Shown: positions 29,814 to 39,746 of the stretch, one piece after another
Layout of the letters: the number at the start of each line of letters is the position of its first letter
Numbering within the stretch: position 1 is the stretch's first letter
From: Candidatus Babeliales bacterium
GTDB lineage: Bacteria > Babelota > Babeliae > Babelales > JANWKD01
Assembly (NCBI GenBank): GCA_963722075.1
Contig: CAVRJM010000001.1
Location: forward strand, 480,001-544,000
DNA length: 64,000 nucleotides
Direction: 5' to 3'
The notes under the pieces: generated by a model
Database searches by the model: none
Told to the model about the DNA's origin: nothing
Seen by the model: the letters and a program-made list of their open reading frames with translations, nothing else
Translations under genes and position numbers: made by a program

Positions 29814-32399
29814 TTATAATCCCTTCTGCTTCAATTGCCATAGCAAATCAAATGCTTTTTTGGGCGATAACTCATTAATATCAATACTATCAATCAACTT
29901 CTGCACTTCTTCTAAGTTATTTATCTTTTGAGTAAGTTCATCAATCTTTTTTTGGGAGGTAACATTAGAAGATTCCATTGCCGCAGGCAGTACCGTAATC
30001 TCATTTTGTTGCAAGGTATGCAAAATTTGTTCTGCACGCTCGATAATGGAAACTGGCAGATCTGCTAATTTGGCAACTTCAATACCAAAACTACCATCAG
30101 CAATCCCTTCTATGATTTTATATAGAAAAACAATCTTATTATCGATTTTTTTACTTGCCGCATAATAGCAGGTAATCCCCGCAAATTGATTTTTAAGCGC
30201 TGTTAATTCATGATAATGGGTGGCAAATAAGCACAGCGCTTTTACCTGCGTATATAAATATTCAATAACCCCTTGCGCTAATGCTAACCCATCAAAGGTA
30301 CTGGTACCGCGTCCCACTTCATCTAAGATAATAAGGCTCCGCTCATTGGCTTGCGTGCAAATATGCGCCGTTTCTTCCATCTCAACTAAGAAAGTACTTT
30401 TACCCTCTGCAACGTTATCACCAGCGCCAATGCGCGTAAAAATCTTATCCCGAATACAAATGGATGCTTTTTGTGCTGGCACAAATGATCCAATCTGTGC
30501 CATAAGCGTGATAAGAGCAACTTGACGCATATAGGTAGATTTACCCCCCATATTAGGGCCGGTAATAATAAATAAATACTGCTTATCATTTAATATCGTA
30601 TCATTAGGAATAAAACGATGCGCTAAGTGAGCAGCAATAATGGGATGTTTTCCTTGATGAATAGTAATTTCCTGAGATTCATTAAAATCTGGCCTACAAT
30701 ATCCGTTATTATAGGCAACCACTGATAAGCCAAATAATGCATCTAAATGAGCAAGCGCTGCGGCCATTTTACGCAATTCAGCACCATACTTTAATACTTC
30801 CCGTTTAACTGACTCAAAAATCTCTTTTTCTAACTGTTGAATTTGAGAACGAGCTAATAATAAATCCGCTTCTATAGTTTTAAGATGGATAGTAGTAAAT
30901 CGATCTTTACCTACTAATGATTGGGATCGAATAAAGTAATCAGGAACCAAATGACTATTTGCTTTAGTGATTTCTATGTAATAACCGTATAATTGATTGT
31001 AGCGAATTTTTAATGAATTAATTCCTGTTTTTTGTTGTTCTTGTTGCTCATATTCATTCAAAATAACAGTACTCTGCTCTACTAGTAACCGTATCTGGTC
31101 AAGTCGCTCATCAAAACCCGTTTTTATGACCCATTCCTGCATCATATCGCAATTAAGCGCGCGTTCTAAAAGCGCTTGTAATCCAGAAAAATTACCCAAT
31201 TGACTATAAATACGTTTCATCAATGAGCTTGAACGCATATTCAACATCGATTGTAATGATGGTAATAAGGATAATGCCCGTTGCAATGTATTAAAATCTA
31301 TAAGAGATGCTCGTTTTAATAGCAACCGTCCTACTACGCGTTCTAGATCACCAATACTCGATAATAATTTTTTAAGTTGATGACTCAAACTAATATCAGT
31401 TACCAATTCCTGTACCATTTCTTGACGCGCACCAATAGCATCTTTATATATGAGTGGCCGCATGATCCATTTTTTTATCATACGCGAGCCCATTGGCGTA
31501 GCTGCATAATCAAGTTGTTCATACAGTGTATTTTTACGTGAGCCATCTTGCATATTTTGTATTAATTCTAAATTACGCTGAGTAGCCCAATCCATAATAA
31601 GAAAATCTTCTGGGTTATAGAATTGAATATGGTTAAAATGTGCAAGCGCTTGTTCTTGGTTCTTTTTTAGATATGAGTACAGTAAACTCATAGAAGAACG
31701 AATAGGCGCATAATTAGTAAGTTGTTGTTGGGTTTCTGAAGAAAATCGCGCTTGAATCCACTCTGATTCAAAAGTACCATTAAACAAATCCAAAGCTATT
31801 GGCGTTACAAAATAGCCTTTTTTTGAAAATGATGATTGAAATTCGTTTGCAGATTGGCAAGGGATTAAAATTTCATCGGGTAAAAAGCGTGCCAACTCTG
31901 CATCAAGAATTTTATCGGCACCGCGTTGAATAACGGTAGCATGCAATTGCGCCGTCATAATTTCTGCAAAAAGCAAGCCCAGTGATTGTTGCGTCGGGAA
32001 AAATGAAAATAGGTAAGAAGCTGATTTCTCATCAAGTAGTTTTGAATCAGTTAACGTTCCAGGAGTAAATACCTGTTCCACACCACGCTCCACCACCCTA
32101 CCCGGCGTAGCTGGTTCTAGTTGATTACATAACGCTACTTTAAATCCACCCTTCACCAATTTAGCAATATAATGTTCTATAGTATGAACTGGCACGCCAC
32201 ATAAGGGGATGGGCTCGCCATTTATTTTTCCTCGTGCCGTTAACGTTATAGCCAAAAAAGCTGAAGCCTTTTTAGCATCTTCATAAAAAAGCTCATAAAA
32301 ATCACCTACCTGAAATAATAATAAAGCATCAGGAAATTGGCTTTTTATAGTAGCATATTGTTGCATTAAGGGGGTGGTTGGTTGTGTTTCGGGATTCAT
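29814..32399 (-). CDS. mutS: DNA mismatch repair protein MutS
   Basis: TPLMQQY, GDFYELF, ITGPNMGGKSTYMRQ, STFLVEM, DEVGRGTST and FATHYHEL. Confidence 0.98.
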   Translation of the reverse strand: MNPETQPTTPLMQQYATIKSQFPDALLLFQVGDFYELFYEDAKKASAFLAITLTARGKINGEPIPLCGVPVHTIEHYIAKLVKGGFKVALCNQLEPATPGRVVERGVEQVFTPGTLTDSKLLDEKSASYLFSFFPTQQSLGLLFAEIMTAQLHATVIQRGADKILDAELARFLPDEILIPCQSANEFQSSFSKKGYFVTPIALDLFNGTFESEWIQARFSSETQQQLTNYAPIRSSMSLLYSYLKKNQEQALAHFNHIQFYNPEDFLIMDWATQRNLELIQNMQDGSRKNTLYEQLDYAATPMGSRMIKKWIMRPLIYKDAIGARQEMVQELVTDISLSHQLKKLLSSIGDLERVVGRLLLKRASLIDFNTLQRALSLLPSLQSMLNMRSSSLMKRIYSQLGNFSGLQALLERALNCDMMQEWVIKTGFDERLDQIRLLVEQSTVILNEYEQQEQQKTGINSLKIRYNQLYGYYIEITKANSHLVPDYFIRSQSLVGKDRFTTIHLKTIEADLLLARSQIQQLEKEIFESVKREVLKYGAELRKMAAALAHLDALFGLSVVAYNNGYCRPDFNESQEITIHQGKHPIIAAHLAHRFIPNDTILNDKQYLFIITGPNMGGKSTYMRQVALITLMAQIGSFVPAQKASICIRDKIFTRIGAGDNVAEGKSTFLVEMEETAHICTQANERSLIILDEVGRGTSTFDGLALAQGVIEYLYTQVKALCLFATHYHELTALKNQFAGITCYYAASKKIDNKIVFLYKIIEGIADGSFGIEVAKLADLPVSIIERAEQILHTLQQNEITVLPAAMESSNVTSQKKIDELTQKINNLEEVQKLIDSIDINELSPKKAFDLLWQLKQKGL

Positions 32400-32430
32400 T
32401 TTTTAATCTATATGGCTTTCAATTTATTCA

Positions 32431-32582
32431 CTGGATCCTTACGTTCCGTCTCCGTCAAAACTCCGCCGGACACGCACTTGCTGTTACGGAAATCCGGCGT
32501 AGCCGTGGCGAAGTCGGACGCAAGTTCCTCAGGATGACACATGAAGTAAAATGTCATCTTGAGCGATAGCGTAAAGATCCAG
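32431..32582. repeat. Palindromic doublet carrying a nested family-B insertion
   Basis: ctggatccttacg..ctcaggatgac-14 nt-gtcatcttgagc..gatccag. Same scaffold as 57832-57911, plus about 70 bp extra GC-rich palindromes. Confidence 0.85.
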
Positions 32583-32606
32583 TTATAAAATTACCTTATT
32601 AATGAA

Positions 32607-32663
32607 CTGCTTCGACGAGCCATGTCCGCCGAAGCTCGGCGAGCGAAGGCTGGATCGCAACGA
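32607..32663. repeat. Family-A arm interrupted by a family-B element
   Basis: tgcttcgacgagc[catgtccgccgaagctcggcgagcgaaggctgga]tcgcaacgac. Confidence 0.75.
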
Positions 32664-32752
32664 CATCATTTTGAATGTACATAATTTATTTTGCTTTGCG
32701 TAAATTTTATAGCATTTTAATCAAAAATACAATTATGAGTCCTATAATCCAA

Positions 32753-34195
32753 TTACCATTTCTCAGTCATTAATGAAACACCATAAATTACTAGTAAGCC
32801 ACTCATAAAGGCCGGAACCATGGCATATATTGGCATAGTAGTAATAAACGGATTGATAAAATTCCATACAGCAGAAATAACTGCCCCGGTAATAATACCG
32901 GCGATAGCACCATATTTATTAATTCTTTTTGAATACACCGATAAGATCATCAATGGCCCGAAAGAAGCTCCTAACCCTGCCCATGCATATTTAACTAATG
33001 CCATAATGGTACTTTGTTCATTAGAAGCAATAGCAAAACCAACTATACCAGCGGCGCATAATGAGAATCTAAACACTCTTAATATTTGCGAGGGCTTAGC
33101 TTGCTTACAAAAAATATTTTTATAAAAATCATTTGAAATAATACTGGCAAGCACTAGTAATTGTGAATCAACCGTAGAAATAGTTGCCGCTAGAATAGCA
33201 CATAAAATAACACCAGCAAGCCAGGGATTAAAAAGCTCTTTTGTCATTTGAATAAAAATAAATTCTGGTTTTGCAAGGCCAGTACTAAAATACGCAATAC
33301 CAACTAACCCTACGGCAACTGCTGCAAAAGTAGCTAAAAATTGCCAGGTAAGCCCTACGTATTTTGCTTTATGAAGGCTTTCAGCATCGGAAGATCCCAT
33401 AAATTTAGTTAAAATATGGGGCATACCCATATACCCTAAGCACCATGCAAATTGATTTAACAATATTGAAAGAACTCCAACTATGGAGAAATCCGGTACT
33501 AAAGCAAGCGATATATGGTCAGCAGCTGCGCTTTGAATAATAGCAGACGCTCCTCCCACCGTAAAAAATGCATATATTGGTACCAATAGCAACATCGCTA
33601 ATAAAAAAATTCCTTGAAACAGATCAAGCCACGCAACAGAAACAAACCCACCCAATATCGTATACGTAGTAATTACCCCTAATGCTAATGCTATACCAAT
33701 ATGATAATTAAGATTAAAGGCCGCCTGCAACACGTATCCAATACCCTTTAATCCTACCGATAAGTAAATGGTAAAATAAAAAAAGGAAATAAGTGCTGCA
33801 ATAATGATAAGAATTCCTGAGGTATCATGAAAGCGGTTATTAAAATAAGACGCTAAAGTAAGCGCGTTATATTCCTCAGAACTTTTGCGCAATGGTTTTG
33901 CAATAAAATGCCACGCCATGAACATACCAACCAATAAGCCGATAGGTATCCATATTTCTTTGGCTCCGCACATATATACTGCTGCCGGCAACCCCATAAA
34001 TAACCAATCGCTCATATCAGCTGCATGCGCTGAGAGTGCCGTTAAAAACCAATGCGTTGAGCGCCCACCCAATAATAAATCAGCTGACTGTTCTGTTACT
34101 TTCTTAAGCCCATGAGCTTTGATTGAAGAAATAAAACCGATCATAAAGACGGCTAACAAATACACGCAAAAAACTATTACAAATTGATAATACAT
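32753..34195 (-). CDS. putP: Sodium/proline symporter (SSS family)
   Basis: LLGGR, ALSAHAADMSDWLFMGLP, LGYMGMPHIL, LAATISTVDSQLL and AWAGLGASFGP. Confidence 0.93.
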   Translation of the reverse strand: MYYQFVIVFCVYLLAVFMIGFISSIKAHGLKKVTEQSADLLLGGRSTHWFLTALSAHAADMSDWLFMGLPAAVYMCGAKEIWIPIGLLVGMFMAWHFIAKPLRKSSEEYNALTLASYFNNRFHDTSGILIIIAALISFFYFTIYLSVGLKGIGYVLQAAFNLNYHIGIALALGVITTYTILGGFVSVAWLDLFQGIFLLAMLLLVPIYAFFTVGGASAIIQSAAADHISLALVPDFSIVGVLSILLNQFAWCLGYMGMPHILTKFMGSSDAESLHKAKYVGLTWQFLATFAAVAVGLVGIAYFSTGLAKPEFIFIQMTKELFNPWLAGVILCAILAATISTVDSQLLVLASIISNDFYKNIFCKQAKPSQILRVFRFSLCAAGIVGFAIASNEQSTIMALVKYAWAGLGASFGPLMILSVYSKRINKYGAIAGIITGAVISAVWNFINPFITTMPIYAMVPAFMSGLLVIYGVSLMTEKW

Positions 34196-34398
34196 AAAAT
34201 ACCTTATTACTTATTTTTATGATTTTAGAATATGTTAATTAACCAATAACATTGCAAATCAAATTAAGATTGAATTGTACCCTTTACGGGATATAGAGAG
34301 AAAAGTAGCTGCATTAATTTATTCATAACTATACTATTTTATGATATTATTGAAGTATAATCACTATAAAAAGTCCTTCAAAAAATAACAAGTGAAAA

Positions 34399-35370
34399 AT
34401 GAATATAGTTAAAAAACCAATACTGGGTATTATACTTCTTTGCTCTACCATACAGCTGGTATATACCTATTGGTTTTTGTATGACCAAAATAAGATTCAA
34501 ACGGAGATGGTACCCATGGTAGACCAGCCTCATAACAGTATTCTTAGCTTCTTGTATACCACCAAAGCAGGCCAATTAATTCGGTATGGGCTAACTAAAA
34601 AATGGTTTAGTATTGCTGCAGGCATCTATTGTGACCAATCAATTAGCAAGCATCATATACCATCTTTTATAGAAACTCATAATATCAACATGAATGAAGC
34701 TATATTACAACCGCAGGAATTTAATACGTTTAATGAGTTTTTTACCCGCCGTTTAAAAGAACATGCCCGCCCGATTGATTCAGATACTCATTCAATTATC
34801 TCCCCCGCTGATGGCAATATTCTTGTTTTTCATCATTGTTCTACTCGAGCAACCTTCCCTATTAAGAGCGTTACCTTTAATTTAGAACAATTCTTAGATA
34901 ATAAACAATTAGCCCAAGAATTTGCTAATGGCACGGTAGTAATTATTCGCATCTCTCCACAGGATTATCATCGTTTTCATTTTCCATGCACTTGCTTACC
35001 AGCAGCCCCGCAAAAAATTAATGGGAAATTTGAATCGGTTAATCCTATTGCTTACTATACAGGTATCCAACCACTCACTGAAAACGAACGGCGGCTATAT
35101 ACATTAAAAAAGGATGATTTTGATAATATTCTTATGGTTAGTGTTGGCGCATTATGCGTGGGAAAAATTATTGAAACCTATCAACCTAATACGCGCTATG
35201 AAAAAGGTGCTGAATCAGGTTATTTTAGCTTTGGCGGTTCAACTATTGTGCTTATTTTTAAACAAGGCTCGGTAGAAATTGATAAGCATATTATTACTCA
35301 TTCTCAGCAAAACAAAGAAACACCCATTAAAATGGGGCAAAAAATTGGTATATTCTCACAAAAAAACTAA
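34399..35370 (+). CDS. psd: Phosphatidylserine decarboxylase proenzyme
   Basis: FNEFFTRRLK..ARPI, SPADG, PQDYHRFHFP and the GYFSFGGSTIV cleavage motif. Confidence 0.95.
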   Translation: MNIVKKPILGIILLCSTIQLVYTYWFLYDQNKIQTEMVPMVDQPHNSILSFLYTTKAGQLIRYGLTKKWFSIAAGIYCDQSISKHHIPSFIETHNINMNEAILQPQEFNTFNEFFTRRLKEHARPIDSDTHSIISPADGNILVFHHCSTRATFPIKSVTFNLEQFLDNKQLAQEFANGTVVIIRISPQDYHRFHFPCTCLPAAPQKINGKFESVNPIAYYTGIQPLTENERRLYTLKKDDFDNILMVSVGALCVGKIIETYQPNTRYEKGAESGYFSFGGSTIVLIFKQGSVEIDKHIITHSQQNKETPIKMGQKIGIFSQKN

Positions 35371-35431
35371 TTCTTGATTTTATAATCTCCCTTTTTTTAA
35401 TTTACTACTAAATTAAAAAAGGATATATAAT

Positions 35432-36286
35432 ATGAAATATATAAAATATATAGTTTTTCTTGTAGCATTCAATAGTTATGGCGCTGATGGTTTAGAAACA
35501 GAGCTCGTTGCGCTTCAAAAAAATTTAATCAAGCTTAAAAATAGTTTTCCACCCCCCCGTCCACGCAGTGCTAGAGAAAAAGCACAAACAAAGGCAGTAA
35601 TAGATAAAGCACTAAAAGAAGCAGATGATATATTAAACACGCTGGCACAATTAACTCCATTACCGCAGCCTCAACAGAGAGCTCAACGTACTCCCCGCCG
35701 TAAACCAAGAGGACCATTACCTACACCACCGCCACCCGCAATAACATCCCTTGAAACACCAATTTATGAAACACCGATAACCACACCGCTCGAAGAAAAA
35801 AAACAGTTTATATGGGGCCACGAAGAAACAACAGAAGCATCACAAGAAGAGTCTCTGCAAGAACATTTAAAAAATGAATTAGATAAACGAATGAATTATT
35901 TAGGAAGTAGTGTAAATTTAATGGACGAAGAAGGTGTTAGATATTTTAATGAAGTAAGTAAAAAAGATAAAGAAATGGAAGAACAAAAACAAAAAGACTT
36001 ACAAGATAGAATTGCACGTGCTAATGCGCTTGGTCGCGGTTTAGAAACCGGTGCAGAAAAGATGAAATTAGAATTAGAAAAAAAAGAAGCTCAGGAAAAG
36101 CTGAAACAATCCAATAAAAGAATACAAGATTTAAGTGCTTCTATTGATTTAACGAATAGTATTATGAGGGAGGAATCAGAATGGGAAGAAACACCACCCG
36201 GTCAAGAATTTGCTGAAGAAGAATTAGCAGGAGAGCAATATCAATTAGAAAAGCAAAAGAAAAAAGCATATGGTGGCAAAAAATAA
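35432..36286 (+). CDS. Secreted proline-rich / coiled-coil protein
   Basis: Signal peptide, PPPRPRS and PLPTPPPP, followed by an E/K-rich coil. Confidence 0.75.
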   Translation: MKYIKYIVFLVAFNSYGADGLETELVALQKNLIKLKNSFPPPRPRSAREKAQTKAVIDKALKEADDILNTLAQLTPLPQPQQRAQRTPRRKPRGPLPTPPPPAITSLETPIYETPITTPLEEKKQFIWGHEETTEASQEESLQEHLKNELDKRMNYLGSSVNLMDEEGVRYFNEVSKKDKEMEEQKQKDLQDRIARANALGRGLETGAEKMKLELEKKEAQEKLKQSNKRIQDLSASIDLTNSIMREESEWEETPPGQEFAEEELAGEQYQLEKQKKKAYGGKK

Positions 36287-36287
36287 T

Positions 36288-37322
36288 TTAAGCAGCTGTA
36301 TCTTTTACTGGATTCAGAAAATCATGCTTCTTTAATGATTCAATCAACGAGAATGATGAAATCTCATGCCCCAGCTGCGCACGTAAGGTTTGAACTTCGG
36401 CATATAAAAATTGTTTAATATGAGATTGTTCCAGCGTGTTAAGCTTCGTTTCAAGCAATTGGGCAAATTCATTAACTATCGCTGATATTCTTGAAATAAT
36501 TGTCCGCATTCGTTCAACTTCTAAGGCATTAGTATGAACCGAAATTGTATACTCCATATATCCCAATACTTTTTCTATATGCTGCACAAATAAATTCCAA
36601 TAGCCAGTAAGATCATGGCATGCCATCTTTTCTGTTGCATGACTAGATACTTCAGTAGGCGAATTAACCGTAATAGCCACATTGGCAAGTAACGGATTAG
36701 TAGGTAATTGAATTGCTCTACCTTCAAGCTGCGCTGCATTATATTCTATAAAATTAAAAATAGTCACCAGATCAACATGAGTGGTTATATACCATTCAAG
36801 GTTATTCTTATGGAACAAACTTGAGTATGTTCGATCAGCAATCCCCTCAAGACGATTGATATATCTGGAAATGGGGCCTAAAGAATTATTCATGAGATTA
36901 AACATTGCAGCGACGGTTACGCCCACCAAAAAAGTATGCATGTTTGCCATCATTTGCTGCTTAAACCAACCTACAAATGGAATACCATCAATAAAGGAAC
37001 CTTCTGTCTGTGCTTTTTGTACAAGTGAATACATACACGCGCGAAAAAGTTGTACATCATCAGCGGTTATGTAACCAGGGCCTGCAATGGCAATGGGAGC
37101 TGCATATAACAATTTATATCCTGCCCAACCAAGTGCGGCAGCTATCCCAGTAATGGCAGCACCTTTGGTGATCCGTTGATAGATAAGATGATTATATAAT
37201 TCTTTTTTTACTGCTTCTTGCGCAGTAATAATATTGGTAAGATTTATTCTGGTAATTTCATCATGAGAATAAACAGACGTTACAAATAGAGATAAAAAAA
37301 GAAAAATAACCTTCAATTTCAT
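36288..37322 (-). CDS. Secreted/membrane hypothetical protein
   Basis: 344-aa ORF with a signal peptide and two hydrophobic segments. Confidence 0.75.
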   Translation of the reverse strand: MKLKVIFLFLSLFVTSVYSHDEITRINLTNIITAQEAVKKELYNHLIYQRITKGAAITGIAAALGWAGYKLLYAAPIAIAGPGYITADDVQLFRACMYSLVQKAQTEGSFIDGIPFVGWFKQQMMANMHTFLVGVTVAAMFNLMNNSLGPISRYINRLEGIADRTYSSLFHKNNLEWYITTHVDLVTIFNFIEYNAAQLEGRAIQLPTNPLLANVAITVNSPTEVSSHATEKMACHDLTGYWNLFVQHIEKVLGYMEYTISVHTNALEVERMRTIISRISAIVNEFAQLLETKLNTLEQSHIKQFLYAEVQTLRAQLGHEISSFSLIESLKKHDFLNPVKDTAA

Positions 37323-37473
37323 AAAATACTATTCTTTCAACATAATCGGACAAAAATAATAATACTAGATTAAAGGAAATTCTTCTTTTTGACAAATTAG
37401 TTACTATTTTCAAGAGCCTTTGCAATACCGCATAATTTCAAAATGAAATTAATTTAATGTTGTAAACATCATC

Positions 37474-39312
37474 TTATTGAATTTTTACAGGAACGCTTAA
37501 TAACCCAGCAGCCCAAAGAGGTACTGTTATATTTCTATCAAAATAATTATTTCTTAAATACCAACCCAAAGCAACAGCACTCGTTACGTAAAACCCATAG
37601 GCCGGATAAGAATTAAATACTTTCTTAAGCGAATATAAACCAGGTTTTATAAGAGGTTTCATATAATAGGTATATTTTTGTTTTATGAATTTTGAACATC
37701 TTGATGGTTTATTGCCTACTGCTCCTTCATGGGCTTCAAAATCAAAAAGTGGTTCATCATAATCAAAAATATAATTATTTAAACTACAAGTAACAATTGT
37801 TTTAGAATGTTCTAAAGCCAACTTGTTTGTTAACAATTTACTCAATTCATCCTCAGCAAAATCAATAGTTCCCGAATCATATCCACCATCTTGCAAATCT
37901 TTTATCTCTTTCTTTTTTTGAACTATCTGTTTTTCAATATCCTTGATACGGTCAGGAATCATTTCCAATAATCGTTTTTGTAAATGTGGAATTCCGACCC
38001 CCTTTAACTTTTGATTGTCAGTTAAATTTGAATGGCTATTTGAAGAGCTTGCCTGCTCACTTCCAGATTGGTCTTGATCAGTTTGGGAAGTAAGGTCAAC
38101 TTCTTGTATTTTTTGTTCATCATCGGTAGATGATTCTTTCTCCTTCCCTTTTCCTTTTTCGCCCGATAAACTCACAATATTATTCCTAATAGTTAAAGAA
38201 GAGGTATCCCTATCAATTTCATATATTTCTTTATCAGGTTCAATTGGGGGGATATGGTTGGCTTCTCTCTCTGCAAGGCCAGTTGCTTCATTAATTAATG
38301 ATCCCAATTGAGCAGCAGTAAACCCACAGGTATAATAATAAGCTAATTTGGGTAATAATTCATAAGCGCTCTTATACATTATACGTGAACGCGCTTGCGA
38401 CTTTAAAATTTTCAATCGTGTTTTAGGCCCGGGTAGTCCAAATTTAACTAATTCTAACCTGCCTTCGCGAAATAACGCAGGATCAATTCGAGCTAAATAA
38501 TTAGTTGCAAAAAAAAGATGTACTTTAGGCGATAATCGATGTGGTATAGCATCCAAAAAGTTATTTATTCCATTATGATTATGCAAAGCAGATTGGTTAT
38601 CACGCGAACCCAATGAATCGGCTTCATCTATTAAAACGAGAGTATCGCCTTTTTCTTCCGCTAAATGATTTAGTTCTTTAAATATATCATCAAAAGCAAC
38701 GCTATCGGAGCCAACAAAAATTTTAGTGGTAAAATCATTACCTTTTAACGCAACAAAGGGGATTTGTAAACGCCCAGCAATTTTTTCTGCTACGGTAGTT
38801 TTTCCAGTTCCCGGCAAACCATAGGCCATTATTCCAGGGGGAAGATCATGACCAAAATCCTGATATTTACTATCATTTCTTTCCTTATACACTTGCCATA
38901 ATGTCTTAGGTTTTTGTATACGGTTCTCTAACATAAGAAACCAACGCAGTGCGCCCTCGGAAGGAATAGCAAAAGTAGTATCCTGTTTTGGAATATACCA
39001 ATCCTTAACTTTAGTTTTATATCCTTCACTTACTTCCATTAGTTTCTTTATGGAGTATTGCAATATTGCAGTCGATCCAACTTGAATAGTCTGTTGTTTC
39101 AAAATATCAAATAAAGAAATTCCCGTATTTACTGTTGAATAAGTAAACAAATCACGCACAGTCATAGCAACAGGCGAATAAAGTGTTAAATCTGGTTTTT
39201 TAGCAATATCTTTCTGAAAAGAACTGTAATCCATTGCATAAGATAACGGCTGATTGCATAACTGAATACAGAATATAAGAAGAAAAAATCTATTAATTAT
39301 TTTTTTAGTCAT
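37474..39312 (-). CDS. Secreted AAA+ ATPase (FtsH/CDC48-type AAA module, no protease domain)
   Basis: GLPGTGKT Walker A, LVLIDEAD Walker B and ATNYLARIDPALFREGR SRH. Signal peptide and C-terminal TM segment. Confidence 0.88.
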   Translation of the reverse strand: MTKKIINRFFLLIFCIQLCNQPLSYAMDYSSFQKDIAKKPDLTLYSPVAMTVRDLFTYSTVNTGISLFDILKQQTIQVGSTAILQYSIKKLMEVSEGYKTKVKDWYIPKQDTTFAIPSEGALRWFLMLENRIQKPKTLWQVYKERNDSKYQDFGHDLPPGIMAYGLPGTGKTTVAEKIAGRLQIPFVALKGNDFTTKIFVGSDSVAFDDIFKELNHLAEEKGDTLVLIDEADSLGSRDNQSALHNHNGINNFLDAIPHRLSPKVHLFFATNYLARIDPALFREGRLELVKFGLPGPKTRLKILKSQARSRIMYKSAYELLPKLAYYYTCGFTAAQLGSLINEATGLAEREANHIPPIEPDKEIYEIDRDTSSLTIRNNIVSLSGEKGKGKEKESSTDDEQKIQEVDLTSQTDQDQSGSEQASSSNSHSNLTDNQKLKGVGIPHLQKRLLEMIPDRIKDIEKQIVQKKKEIKDLQDGGYDSGTIDFAEDELSKLLTNKLALEHSKTIVTCSLNNYIFDYDEPLFDFEAHEGAVGNKPSRCSKFIKQKYTYYMKPLIKPGLYSLKKVFNSYPAYGFYVTSAVALGWYLRNNYFDRNITVPLWAAGLLSVPVKIQ

Positions 39313-39713
39313 AACAACCTAATTTTGTATATAATGATTATTAAAATAATATTGCGGAATTCTTTCTTTTTGTCCAGAAGAAATAAAAAATAATATCATT
39401 ACAAACAAAAATTATTTGCAATAATTTTTCAAAAGTTAATTTATTAAATGAGTGCTTTTTTCAGATATTTACCCGTATGGCTCTTTTTATTTTTACTGAT
39501 TTCTTGTGGAGTTCCTTGTGCAATCACATATCCACCTTCATCACCGCCTTCTGGCCCTAAATCAATAATATAAACAGCAACTTTTAATACATCGAGGTTA
39601 TGTTCAATAATAATCATCGAATTGCCTTTATCGATTAATCGATTTAAAACGATAAGTAATTTCTCGATATCATTGGTATGTAATCCGGTTGTTGGTTCAT
39701 CAAGTACGTATAA
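39291..39713. repeat. 423-bp direct repeat, copy 1 (uvrA 3' end + intergenic + AAA gene start)
   Basis: Aligns without gaps to 41487-41909 at an offset of 2196. Confidence 0.95.
39444..39713 (-). pseudogene. uvrA: uvrA 3'-terminal fragment
   Basis: [12 protein letters not shown]...GKYLKKALI, with two amino-acid differences from the intact UvrA C-terminus. Confidence 0.93.
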
Positions 39714-39746
39714 GGAATTTATATCTCTAATTGAAAACACCGATTG

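Noticed and set aside
32378..32569. 63-aa ORF upstream of mutS
   Set aside because: It lies within the nested palindromic repeat and is a by-product of GC-rich repeat sequence.
39714..39740. Functional 98-aa mini-UvrA starting at 39740
   Set aside because: The first residues are unrelated junction sequence with a GTG start and no clear RBS. The fragment lacks Walker A and the ABC signature.
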